DNA of 64,000 nt, taken from assembly GCA_036172245.1 (NCBI GenBank), contig JAYWIR010000053.1, positions 620,001-684,000 on the forward strand, written 5' to 3'. The notes below the pieces were generated by a model. It made no database searches, had not been told where the DNA came from, and worked only from the letters and a program-made list of their open reading frames with translations. The DNA is from Raillietiella orientalis (lineage: Eukaryota). Below, piece after piece: positions 50,044 to 62,199 of this stretch; the stretch's first letter is position 1; the number at the start of each line of letters is the position of its first letter. The position numbers were made by a program, and so were the translations under genes.

Positions 50044-51980
50044 TTTTCACCCGGTCACGCCGGGGCGTTTATTAAAAAAACACAGTACATCTGCGGTACT
50101 AGACCCCGCTAAGGCCAATAGTTCCTGGGACCTGCCAGGAAGCTGGTTCGCAGACCGGCTTGACTATCCTCGGCAGCGGAGGGGAGAGGGGGTAAAACAA
50201 AAAGAAAAATAAATGAAACAAACAAAAAGAAACTATTTGGAGGGCCAGGAAGGTATCACAACCCGCTGGAGGAAGAGACCATTCTTTCCAGGATGCCCTC
50301 GAGGTCCCTCGTCATAGCTCCCAGATGGGACCCGCCGATCGCGATTCGCAGGTAGCGACCCGCGTGCACGATGGCGTCCCTATCGCTGCTTCCTCTGTTG
50401 GCTGCGCTCCAGGCGGCCACAATCCCTCGGAGGCAGCAGAGCGCTGCCACGGTTGAGGCTGGTGGCAGGGCGTCTCGCACGAAGAGGAGTCGCACAACGT
50501 CTCTGGAAATACTGCCGACCGGCATACGGAGGGTCGTAGCAAAACGTTCCCAGAAGGGCCGGAGGGCAGCGCAGTCCACTAACAAGTGGGGGAGGGATTC
50601 CTTCTCCCCGCACACTGCACAGTTCTGTCCCACGTTCCCCAACGTCCAGTGGTGGCGTCTCGCGTTGCAGGGAAGACCCCAGTGCAACAACAGCAGCGCC
50701 GTTTCCTGCCACTTGAGGAAGAGGGTGGATGCGTCTCTGAATAACGGGAACCACATTAGGTAATCCAACGGGATGCCAAGCAGCTCGCCCCATCTCTGGA
50801 TTTTTCGCGGGCGAACGCTTGGGGTCGCGGCGTCAGCCAGTACCCTCATGGTCCACCCAATTAACTACTTCTCCTTGCCCGCTATCCGGCAGGAGACTTG
50901 CCATCACGGCTTCCGGCTGTTTTGAAGCGCCCTTCGTAGGAAGGGCAGCGCCGTGGCCAGTGGGGTCGTCTCCGCCCATGTGCTTCTGGCGGGACACACG
51001 ATCACGTTCCGCAGCGTGCAGCGGGTGTAGATGCCGGTGCGCAGCCGGTTGCAGGATTCTCCACTGATGTCTTTTAACTTTGCCCACGTTCCAACTGTTT
51101 CTTTCAGCCACGCGCTGGAGTTGGCGGGGCTGCAGGCCATCCACCCGTTCTCCTTTGCCAGGGTGGCCATGCGTCCCAGCAGAAGTCCGCATCTTCTTAT
51201 TTTCCGGCCGGGGCACAGAAGAAAAGACGCGAGTCCTTCAGTCCCGGACACACGTCTGGCGAGAAGGCGGGCTGGAACGCACCAAGGGGTGTTCCACATT
51301 TTCGCTGCGATGGCTAGAGTCCACCACCGTAGCTGTGTTTTCACGCTCTCCAGCGTCAGGACTCTAAGACCTCCGTTTCGACGTGGAGCGCACAAATCCT
51401 TTAAAGGCACACGAGGCCTCCCGCCGCCCCACAGGGCGATGGGTAGGAGGTCCTTTGTTCTTTTTTTAAGTTCACGGGGTACGTGGCAAACAAAAAGCAG
51501 GAAGCGAAGGAGGGGCGCCGCGAACGCGTTCCATACCGCGGCCCGTTCCGGCAAGTAAAACTTGCCGTTCCGGAACGGGTCGATTGCCATCTGCTTCTTT
51601 TGGAGACGGTCGGACAAGGCTTCCACTACGCAGAATTCCCCCAACGAAACGCCAAGGTACTCGATGTACCTGCCCGTGGGGATCCCCGAGCGGATTCAGC
51701 GGATTCACGCAGCACCGACCGCTACGACTTCTCCCTGTTGACCTCAAGACTCGTCCCGCGGCGCAGCAGCTCAAAGAAGTTTTCTAGCGCCGATTTCCCC
51801 AGTGCTGCCCTCCCTAAGAAAAGCAAAGGAAAACGGCCTTCCAACAAGATGGGAAGTGTTCTGCTGCAATGCAGGAAAACGAAAACGAGAAGTGCGTGAG
51901 CAACTCGCCAGGTCACGGACGTAGCGACCCCGAGTGTCCCGCTGAAAGGACTTGCTCGCCGCGGAGAGCTGCTCACCATC
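50044..51980 (-). mobile_element. Best-preserved L1/Tx1-like element (RT C-half to 3' end)
   Basis: SLEVNREKS, EYLGV, long ORFs 50904-51644 and 50256-50849 (LHWGLPCNARRHHWTLG..NCAVCGEKESLPHLLVDC); terminus AATAAACGCCCCGGCGTGACCGGGTGAAAA at 50044-50073. Confidence 0.93.
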
Positions 51981-52004
51981 CCTCCGAATGAGTTGAAGAC
52001 CCTC

Positions 52005-52560
52005 TCAAGTGGTCAAGAGCTGGCGTTGCTGGTGTCGCATTGGGGGATGTCAGTGCGACTCCCAATGCAAACGCTCCTCCATCATTGGACACGGAAGAGT
52101 GTGGATGCCCCTTGTGAAAGGTGCGACTTTCTCAACTGTGTTGCCCTCCGACTCTTCTGGATCGTCTGTTCACGATCCTAGGAATCCCGGTATGAGGCCC
52201 AAGGATATTTTTCGGCGTTTCTTCATGCGTGCCACTCTGCCGCCAGCAGCGTCTCTAGCAGTTCTCTACTGTGTCCCAGGAATCGTGGCAGACTGGAACG
52301 AGACAAGAAGAGGTCAGAATTGCAGGGACGCCATCTACTGGGTGCGGATCTTTTTGAAGACCGCGTGAAGATGGCCCCACCTGGGCGACAAGAAGACCAT
52401 TTGTCAGTATCCTGGACAGGATGCAGAGGACGTTTCCCGGCGTATTGTAATCCCTTCTCCGCCCTCCTCTCCCCAGGAAACATTCCTCTTCCCTGTTTTT
52501 TGTTTGTTTGTTTGTTAGTTAGTTTCCCTTCTTTTGTGGTTCTTCTTCCCCCTTTGCTGC
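52005..52560 (+). mobile_element. L1/Tx1-like 3' fragment
   Basis: LLVSHWG...HHWT...CERC...CVALRLFW...RRFFMRATLPP...GIVADW. Confidence 0.8.
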
Positions 52561-54542
52561 CGGAACGGATCTCACCTATACCAGTCCCTATATCAGAGAA
52601 AGATGGGTGGTGGGTTTCCGCTTGCAGTCCTTCGCTCCTGGGGACGGCGTCATTTGATGCTGCGCTCTTCAGCAGCGTCGTCGTGGAAAAGAACCAACGG
52701 GTTAGACAGTCAGCGAAGCTTCCAAGAGAGACCTCTGTGAGTTCCTGACATTCGAAGGTCGCCTAAAGGTTCATCTGATCGCCTATGTTGCACTCATGGC
52801 ACCTTTCGCCTGGAGCCTCCACACCGTGCTGCGCTGCGTCCCCGTCGCCATCCTCTCTGCTTCTGGTGTTCGCCCGCTCTTCCGACCGGGATGGCGGAAA
52901 TTCAGAGGTAACGCTGAAGGTCGCCTGCGACGTGCAGCTCTTTTCCCACAGAGTGCCTCTGGCTTCTCCGGTGGACGATTTCGGAGTCGCCTCTTTCATC
53001 CCAGCTGGTGGCAGAGGAACAGATAGCCCTTCTGGGTGCGGGCAGGGGCGATGCGCAGTGGGGGTCGTGGGATGAGTGGAGTGTCCATCACTCCTCATGT
53101 GAGCACGATCGCCGGTGCCAATACACGCAGGTGGCCTTTTGCTCAGCCACGTGCGTAGTGGCGCGCTCCAAGGCCCAGGGCGCTACAAAAGCGAAGCGAC
53201 CACTGCGATGCCGTCGAACCAGAAGCCGCGAGTCGGAGAGTCGATGCCAGCTTCCGGGAGATTTTCAGCGCTTCTTCCACTTTTACGTGGGTAAGGAGCT
53301 TCGCCAGTGGCAGCTGCCACCCTCACAATCGCCGCCCCGCAGTCGCCGTGGTCGGTTCGTCTGCAGCGGAGGTCGGTGTCCCAGGCAGCACGGCCGCCCG
53401 CCGAGGCCTGTCGGACGAAAGCGTCGGTTCCAGGGGCCGTTGTTGCCTTGACGTCCTGTGACCATGGCGCTGTTGACCTCGACACTTCCGGGGAGAGTTC
53501 AGTCCGATGCCTCCTGTCTTAGGCTTTCTATTTTTCGGGGCTCCTCGTTCTCTTTCGGATGCGGATGCAGGAAGTCGACCTAAGGAAGTGGTCATCGGGA
53601 GCCTACAGAAGAAGAAGCCAAGCGAAGTATCGTGGGTGGCCAAGGCCGCGAAAAGCCTCCACGTCCACCGTCCATACCGAATTGCTTTCGGACACCACCA
53701 GGGAGCGAGCAGGGAGCGAGCCGAGGCCGCGTCCACGATGCGACCTGAGGGAAGGACGAGGTTGGACCACAGTAGATTCGCACCTGGACGGGTGGATGCG
53801 GATCGGACCGCCGCAGGTGGTTGAGAGGCTCAAAGGCCGCGGGGTGGACGAGTGTGCCGCATCCGTCTCCAGGGCGCACACCGCCGACGTGGCGGTCTGT
53901 GGACTGGAAGGCGGGTTCGCTCGTCTCCGAAGTGAAGGACATCCCCGTGGCATCGCCGGCTGAGCGCGCATTCCGCGCGCGAAAGCACCCGCTACCACCC
54001 GGCTGTCAAGCCCTGGGGAAGAGGAATACGAATGCTGGATGCTCGACGGAGCTGGACAGGACCGGTGCCGCGCACGGCGCAGCGCCACTTAGTCCCGAGG
54101 GTACTGGGGTAGGTACCCGAGGGTATTGCCCTGACAAATTGGAGAGCCCACCGTTGCCGATCACCCAGCTTGTCGGCGGCTCCGGGTCCATCGTAGGTCC
54201 ACGCCTGCCGTTCTCTCGGGCGCACAGGCGATCAGGCAAACCTGTTTGAAGAGGGCCGCGGCAGGTGGCGCCGCGGTGCCTGGCCGCGCAGGCTAGGCCC
54301 TGCTTTCGAGAAGGGCAGCCACGCGGAACGCCGAAACGCGCGAGAGCTACACCCGAGTTGGAGACCGCGCCAGAACCCGCGCGATATCGCATGGACTCCT
54401 TTCGCTGGTCGGAATTCCTCTCGCGGGTGCCCTCCACCCCTCCACCCTCCCCGATGACAGGAAGCTCCGCTATTTCGGCAGGCATGTGGTTCCTTGTCTA
54501 GCTTGCGTCAGCGCGCGCGTTCGGGCGCACGCGATGCTTCGT

Positions 54543-54620
54543 GAGAGGAGGAGGAGGAAGGGAGAAGAGGAAGTGGAAAGGAGGAAGAAGGGAGGGAGAG
54601 GAGGAAGGTGGGAAGGGAAA
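54543..54620. repeat. GA-rich polypurine tract
   Basis: (GAG/GAA)n-like; similar tracts at 55722-55822 and 57066-57167. Confidence 0.85.
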
Positions 54621-55721
54621 ATGCCACAAGAAGCGGGAATCCCCGCTGGCAGCGCCCTTTCGGAAAGCGCCCTCCTGGTATTCTTTCCCCCTTGCATCTG
54701 TCGTGGGATCCGCATCGTGCCGGGTGGCAAGAAGGCGCACAGCAGGTGCGATCATGAGGTTCCGCTCTTCTCGTCCTTTCTTTACCCCGACCGCCATCCC
54801 GCTCCCTTCCTGGACGAAAAATTGACCCCTCTCGAGTGGCGCAAGAAAAGGCCCACTCCTGACTAGCTGCTTGGCACAGCATGCGCCCATGGTGGTCGTC
54901 ATGAGTGCACTCGTCATCGTTCCGCCGCCCACCCCTCGCCCGTGCGGCAGCCCCTGCACGACTTAGTAAGAGGCGGCAACTTACTGATGCCACACGACTC
55001 AGCAACTTACTCCGAGCTTCCCGCTCCTTACTGTGTCTCTGTGCAACGCCCAAGTTCTGGATCGCAGCCAACTTCAAGCACAGGTCGCGTGCTTTGCGCC
55101 GCTGTCTGAGGGCACCCGGAGTCTGGACCGATTCACTCTGCTCCTGGTCACCTTTTTTGCCCTTCGGGATAATGCGCTGCCTCCTCACCAAACATTCTGT
55201 GCTACGTGAGAGAAATGGTGGTGGCCAAAGGGAAGAAAGGATGTGACTGCCATCTCCGGGGAGCATTCTCAGTCGCCGAAGCCCTCATGAAGAATCGGTC
55301 TTGGGACGCGAGACACAAGGGGGGCTGAGGGCACCGCTGACAAACTGCAGCCCTTAAGAGTCATCCAGACCGGTTCCTCGTACTCCCTGTTCCTTGCGGT
55401 CACCATCTTCGCTACTTTCAGAGAAGATGGGTCGCTTTCGCTTAGACTCCTCTTTCGCATGGAGTTGGCCACTTTAACGCTGCCCGAACGCGCGGGCACT
55501 GAAGAAGTTCGTCGCTCTTCCCGTCCCGTCCTATGAATCGCGCCCTACTTTCCGTCTCAAAGTCAGGGAGGGTCCACTGTGCAGCAGGAATTTCATCTGT
55601 TCATTCCGGATCAAAGGTCCGACAATCCGGAGTGAAAAGGTCGGCATCCTTCCTCGCGACGCTCTTGGGAGTGCATGAGGCCACTTCTCCCCCCCTTCCA
55701 CGTTCGTCATGACGACCCAAT

Positions 55722-55822
55722 CAGGAGAAGGATAAGGAGGAAGAAGGAAAGAAGAGAAAGAAAGGAAGAGGAGGAGGAGGAGGGAGAGAAGGGGGAAGAA
55801 GAAAGAGGAAGGAGAGGAGGAG
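55722..55822. repeat. GA-rich polypurine tract
   Basis: Direct reading. Confidence 0.85.
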
Positions 55823-56492
55823 GCGGGCCGCGATCCAGAAGCGCGGGAGGAGGGAACGGCATCCACCTCCGTTCCCATGTCTTCCGGCACATTTTTCCTC
55901 CTCCACGGACCTCGGCAATTAGAGACAGCTCCCATCATGAGACGCGGCAATAAATCCAGGAGAACTTCCAGGTGCACTCGACGGACCGGGGCGCGCTCCT
56001 CGCGCGGGTTTTTATGAGTCCGCGTGCGTCCGGACTAGCAGCAGCGCCTGCTCTCGGAGGAGCCGCCGGATGGGAAAGCGGCAGCATGCAGCCGAGGGAG
56101 ACAGACAAGGCTGTTATTTCCCTTACTTATCTATCCAGCGATCGGAGGCTGCAGCGCTAACGAGTGGGTCTCCAGGGAGGAGGAGGCCGGGTGGGATGGG
56201 CGGCGTGCATCAGATAGGAGAGACTTCTCACCCGCCCGTCGAGTTTACGGCCTTATCAGATGCGGGGGTGCGCAGCGGGGACGGGGCGGTCCGCGGAGGT
56301 CGGACGTGGTCCGGGTGGCTGGCGGACGTCAGTGATGCTCCTCCATCCAATAAACGCCGAAGTTACATGATGTAATGGAGAGGCGGGAGATTTATCGGAC
56401 GGCGGTTCCGATGAAGAGGCGCCGTTGATTTATTCGCCGTAAAAAGAAAGATGCCTTTGTTTTGCTTTTTTTTTTTTTTTTTGAAGGAAGTG

Positions 56493-56519
56493 TGTGGTGG
56501 TGGTGGTGGTGGTGGTGGT
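56493..56519. repeat. (GTG)n microsatellite
   Basis: About 8-9 GTG units next to a poly-T run. Confidence 0.9.
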
Positions 56520-56845
56520 TGGGGGAGGAGGAAAAAGGAGGAAGATTTGCATCCGAATCAGCCCGGCTCCGCCCAAATTGCTCCTCGTTACATGAGATCC
56601 TGACAGCGGCCATCAGTCTAACAGATTGAGCATTTTATTTACGTCCTGCCCGAGCGCTTATAATTGGGGTCAGGAATTTATTTGAGGGAACGCGGCCGTT
56701 GCGCGTCGGGCGAGCCAGAGAGTCCCTGAGCGAGTCCGTACGCATGACGGTGGCGCCAGTGGACGGCCGAGCACGGCTATCGGCATCCACCTCTCTCCTT
56801 CGGATCCTGAGAAGCAGCGCGCGCCTCAGGGATCCAGTACCCATC

Positions 56846-57455
56846 TTGGCGTTGCGTCGCCGGCTGTGAGGCTCCGTGAGCGGCACTGGGTGGCGCGGGC
56901 TCGAATCCCACCCGGGGAAACGTCGAGGCCGAGAAAGCGGAGATGCGCAGTGGGTTTCGAGTCTCCCCCGCAGGATGGCTCTCGTTGGACTCGGGTTGCT
57001 TCGGATGCGGCACTGGTGGAAGCCGGATGACCCCGTCGACTGGCCGGGATCCTTGAGCTGTTCTAAAGGAAGAGGAGGAAGAAGAAGGGAGGAGGAGGAA
57101 GAGGAGGAGAAGGAAGAGGAAAAGCGAAGGGAAAGAAGAGGAAGGGAGGAGGAGAGAGGGGAAGGGAGTCTCAAGGACAGCTCAAGGAGCGGTTCCCTTG
57201 CGGGTTCCCCCAGAAAAGAAATTCAGGAGCGGATCTTTTTCCGGGTTACCTTCGGAGAAGAAACGAGTATTGGCTCTCTCTTGAGTGTCCCTTCGGAGAC
57301 AACCAGGGCGAAGGTTCCCTTCCATGCTTAAGAGGAACGCACCCCTTCCTCCGGTGCCTTCCTGGATTCATAGGGTGGTCTCTCCGGGTTGCTCCCTAAC
57401 TGAAGAGTCACACGCACCCTCGGGTGGTGTGGACAGTGTCAAAGACCCTCGTGGC
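56846..57455 (+). mobile_element. tRNA-headed repeat (type I tail) with internal GA expansion
   Basis: GGCTCGAATCCC B-box-like at 56898-56909; tail GTCACACGCACCCTCGGGTGGTGTGGACAG...AAAGACC shared with 60997-61038. Confidence 0.75.
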
Positions 57456-60409
57456 ATCTCCTAAGGAGGCGGGTGGTTTTTCAGCACTCCTTGAGAACCA
57501 AAGAAAAAGAAAACGAAAAAAAAAATAGAAAGTTGGGAGGGTCTGTCTTGCAGGACCTGACGGGAACTCCTGCCTGACATCGTCTCTTTCCCGTTTTGGG
57601 GGAATTGCGGTGCGTAAGAGGCAGCCGCAAACCTCCTGCCGCTCGACGTCCTCCAGCGGGCGTGCGGAGGGTCATGACCCGGCAGGGGGTGGCCGAATGG
57701 AGCCAAATGCCTTCCGCCACGCGGAGCAGAAGAGTCCCTTCTACGGTCTTTCCGTGTCTCTTGCCTTTCCGCCTTATCTCGGCGAGCCTGCGTTCACCCC
57801 CATCGACATCCGGATGCTGATCGTTACCTTCCCAAACGGGCCTGGAGTTTCTGGCATCTCCTCGCAGAATAACGATGCCCGATCCGAAGGCTCCATCTGT
57901 GCGACGAGCCACAAACTGAGCTCTCTCCTCAGCGCTGCCACGAGAGGGAGGGCGCTTCTGCGGCTCGGTGCACCGGTCGCCTCGCTTCTAGTGTGCGATC
58001 CTTGCTGCGCCCTCGATCCGGCCATTCTCCTAACCATCCGACGTGCGGAGCGCCTGTCTTTCACGCATCAAGAAGCATCTCCTTGTCTCCTTGTTTTCAA
58101 GACCCCGCCAGCTGCTCCCTGGTCTGACTGGGCTCGCACGGGTCTGCCGGTGCGATTCCCTTCCTTCCCTTTGAGGAGCGCGGCACAGCGAAGCAGAAAT
58201 CCGGCGAGGACGCGCAAAGCTGCTAATCACCGCCGGAGAGCAGTGGTGCAGAAAAGAAGGCAGTAATCGAATTGACAAACCTCTTGGGGAGTAGACAAAT
58301 GATCACTGCTCCGTCCAGATGTCGGTTCGAAGAAGGCGCGGATCGGTGTTGGCGGAACGGACGTCTTTCTCTCGAGCGTCCCCAGACCTCAGGACAATGG
58401 GTCGGACTGCGTGGATCTGTCTGTGAGTCGGCAACACAGCAGCAGCGGTACGAATTCTTCGGTGCCGCACAGGAGGCGCGGGGCGCCATGTCGGAGCATG
58501 GCTGACGCTCGGCTTCCTCAGGCAATGCCGTGAGCACCAACAGAATCGTTCGGTTGCGCCCAAGAATAGATGCACCGAGCCCCTGCCGGTGCCTCCGGAC
58601 GGACGGACCGTGCCAGTGAGCTCTCTGGAAACTTCCACAGCATCCAGAAGATTATGAGAGAATTTCGTGCCGGGTTCTTCCCTCCGCCTCTTCACAGGCA
58701 CCCCGCACGTGCAGCAGTGAATCTGGAAATGGATCGTGCTCGACTGGAACGTTCGATTCCATCATTTCCCGAGCGTGAGGCTACCTGTCACGGATGTTGC
58801 GTTTCAAATCTTTCCATGCGCAGCATCTGCCTCGCCCCATTCTCATCCCTGCTTCCTTCGCTTTTTCGTTCGTTTGTCTTTTTGTTTCGGTGCGCACTCC
58901 TTGCGCCGCCAGACGGTTGCCCCCGTCGCAGAAGCGGAAATTTTCGTACAGCCTGTGGAAGAAGGGGCGGGTCGCTCGGTGCGGAGGAGTCCCGCGCTGC
59001 ACGTCTCCCATCGGTTCGGAGGGCCTCTGCTTGGGGTCAGCGGCGACCAACTCGATGTCCCTCCCGTCGCAGGGCGGCCGCTGGCGAACGCGACGCATTT
59101 CTCTGCGACGCGCGGATCCTCTGGCGCCGTCCTTCTACGGGACGTTGCCCGCCTCAAATGTGAAACGAGACCACCCTTCGAGAGCACCCAGCCGCAGAGC
59201 CAAACTCCGACTCGGACAGCTCGCCCTCTTCGCAGCACCGACATGGCCACCGCACTACGATCACCACAACGGTCAGGAGCGACTGTGACATTGGCGCAGA
59301 TGCAGTATCTCGTCTCAGCTACAACCGAGAGTTCGCCGCACGCGAAAAATCCTTGCAGCAGGTCCTCGTCTGTCCTCAGGGTGCAAGAGCGCCGGAGACA
59401 CCTCCATCACAGTGTGTGAAGGGCACCGCAGTCCGCAGAAGGCACAGGAACGACTCGATCGACCTTCACCGTAAGCAGTTTGGGGACGCAACTTCCCCGG
59501 AAACCGCGCGCCAGTGATGGTTGCACTGGAGACCCCGGTGCAGCGGCATTTCGTGCTGTCAGTTCGAGGGAAAGTGCCGAAGTGTCCGTATGCAAAGGAT
59601 GGAGCGCAAGTCTTTCGGGGGGCGCAGCCGAAAGTTCGCTTTACCGAAGGGATCCCTTCGCTCGGGAATGAGGAGCGGCAGCGTCCACCAGCTCGCTCGT
59701 GGTCACTCGCTCAGCCTGCACCGCCTAAATTTCCGGGGGCACCGCGGTCCACCAGCAGGTCCGGGAACGATCGAGCAACCCTAAACCTGGGACAGGTCAG
59801 AGATGCAGCTCCCTCGGAGACGCTGGTCGCACTCGGAGTCAAAACGGAAGGCCCAGGAAAGCCACCGTTGCCTGGCGACACTCCTCCCCTGCAGGCGGCT
59901 CACACGAGACCCAGTTTGCGTCAAGACCTCGACGGGTCTGCAGGCCTCGCAGGGGAGAGAGGACCACGCCTGAGGAAAGGGTCAGCTCCCGGCAGCACCC
60001 GCACTTCCCGACCTGCTGGGCGTAGCGGAAGGGTCGCCATCAGCAGTCTTCAGGACACGTGACACGTCGCAAGGTCACACCAAAGGAGCCGCCCAATAGG
60101 AAACCCGGAAGTCCTCCAAGATGGCGGAAATTTTCCGCCATCGGGGCGTTGCTGGGCGCATCTCATCAGCAGTCATCCCTGGATCGCATGCCGGAAGCAT
60201 CAGACGGGCGAGCGCCTGTGATGGGAGGCCCTTCGAGGGACGGTCCGAATACCGGCGGCAGCCAACGAGGCCGGAAACTTCTCTCTCTCCATCACCTCGC
60301 TCCCTGGATGCAGCTGGCGGGAAACATCCGGACTGCTCGTGATGTGTCAGTGCGAAGCTTGTCATCTTTCTCCCCGCCTATGCAGCCGTCAATGCCTGGT
60401 CCGTGTGGA

Positions 60410-61045
60410 TGGCCATGAGGTTGCGGCCTCCTCCACTCGCGGCACCAGGCGTCGCGGGCTCGAATCTCTCCCCGGGGTAGGGTCGATGCAGAAAGATGGG
60501 GCTGCATCGTGAATTTTGATTCCCTTCTCCCCCTGAGGGATGACTCTGGTTGGCTCGGCTGGCTTTGGGTGCAACGGCACTGCTGAAAGCAGCTGGAAGC
60601 CCCCGCTGACTGACCGGAAGTGGAAGTTGACTCTTTAGGATCCTTCCGGGAACCAAGGAGCCCTCCAGAGTTGACTCCATCGACCACGATGGGACTGGCT
60701 GATTAATACCTCTCCAGAGTGTCCAAAAAGTGCGCTGCTCCCTTCGAGGAGTGACCATTCAGCGAAATTGGAAAGCGACCCTTCGGGATTCTCTTCAGAG
60801 GAGGAGGAAGCAGAAGCAGATCCCTTGCAGATTCCCTCCGGAGAAGAAACGAGGAGTTTCCCCCTCCGGGGGCTACTCTAGAGAGCGGGGTTTCCCTGCG
60901 GGGTTTCCCTACCAAGCGTAAGAGGGACGGTCTGCTCCCTCTGGAACCTTCCTGTATTCACAGGATTCATCCCCCTGGAGTTGTCCTCTAATTGTAGTCA
61001 CACGCACCCTCAGGTGGCGTGGACAGAGCTAAAGACCTTCGTTCC
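60410..61045 (+). mobile_element. tRNA-headed repeat (type I tail)
   Basis: CGCGGCACCAGGCGTCGCGGGCTCGAATC head, shared body, type I tail. Confidence 0.8.
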
Positions 61046-61080
61046 CCCCTTTTCCCCCCCAAGGAGGCAGACAGTTTACT

Positions 61081-61770
61081 CACCGGCCGCATGGCCGCGG
61101 TCTTCGCGCGCGGCACCGAAAGCTGCGGGTTCGAATCCCTGCATGGACAGTTGACGCCGAGAGAAATGGGTGTGTTGTGGGTTTCCAGGCCTCACTGTAG
61201 GATGACGCTGATTAGCCTGTAGGTTTGGGATGAGGCACCAGTGAAAGCCGGGTGCCCTCCTTGACTGGCAGGGATCGGAAATTGACCCCCAAGGGTCTTT
61301 TCAGGAGTCATGGAACAGGTTCCCGTCGGGATGCAAATGGAGCCGTCCTCAATTACGTACCATGGCTATTACCACCCTCAGGGGCTGTCTCTGTAGAGTG
61401 TCAGAAGTCCGCTTCTCCCTTCAGAGTTCTCTTCAGAGGAGGAAACCAGGAGCGTTGCTTTCCGGGTTCCCTCCGGAGAAAAAACGAGGATCAGCTCTCT
61501 CCAGGAGACCCCTGCGAAGAGAATGAGGAAGAGGGTGCTTGAGGGTTTCCTTCGGAGACAACCAGAGCGAGGGTTCCCTCCCAAGTGCAAGAGGAACGGA
61601 CTTCTTCTCCCGGAGTCCTCCTTGGATTCCAAGGGTGGTCCCTAAGGAGTTGCTCCCTATAACTTAAAAAGCAGTCGAGTAGCGCGTGAGGCATCCGTCT
61701 TTCCAGATCGGGGGAAGACCGTGGTATTCTGGCACCCAGGAAGGAGAATCCCGTGAGACCCTGGCACGGA
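61081..61770 (+). mobile_element. tRNA-headed repeat (type II tail), tandem to the previous copy
   Basis: GGTTCGAATCC at 61128-61138; body and tail align with 31140-31765 (-). Confidence 0.8.
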
Positions 61771-62199
61771 AGAGATGTTCTGAGGTGAGGGGTCGCCTCT
61801 CCCCTTTGCAGTATCGGTCTGGGACCCTCCCTTCCTCGAGGGATCCTGACCTTCGCCCATCCTTCCCGTTCTGCTGCCCCTCCTGTCACAAGAAGGGGCC
61901 AGAGAGAGATCGCTGACCTCGCCGCGAGGCACGAAACCGCGCCGGTAGCGAGTCTCAGTGGCGGCAGCACCGGCGCGCTAGAGCCGCCTGCTCCCGGCGC
62001 CACTCCCCATCCGCCGACGGACATGGCCGACGCCCCTCATAGAAGGACGGCCCCGCTAGTCCGAATTGAGGAAAGTCAGCGAGAAAGTGGCCCGGGCGAC
62101 CGAAAGGGCGGTCACCTCGCCTCTCCAGGCCCCACCTGTGACGCCACTCCGCGCGAACGGTGCGTGGACTTCGCCGCAGTGCGCCGGCCGACTTCGCTC

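Noticed and set aside
56392..57331. Poly-His, poly-Glu and poly-Ser ORFs
   Set aside because: Translations of (GTG)n and GA microsatellites.
57400..57446. Hammerhead ribozyme (CTGAAGA followed by a hairpin)
   Set aside because: No GAAA after the stem, and the sister copy at ~60990 lacks CTGANGA.
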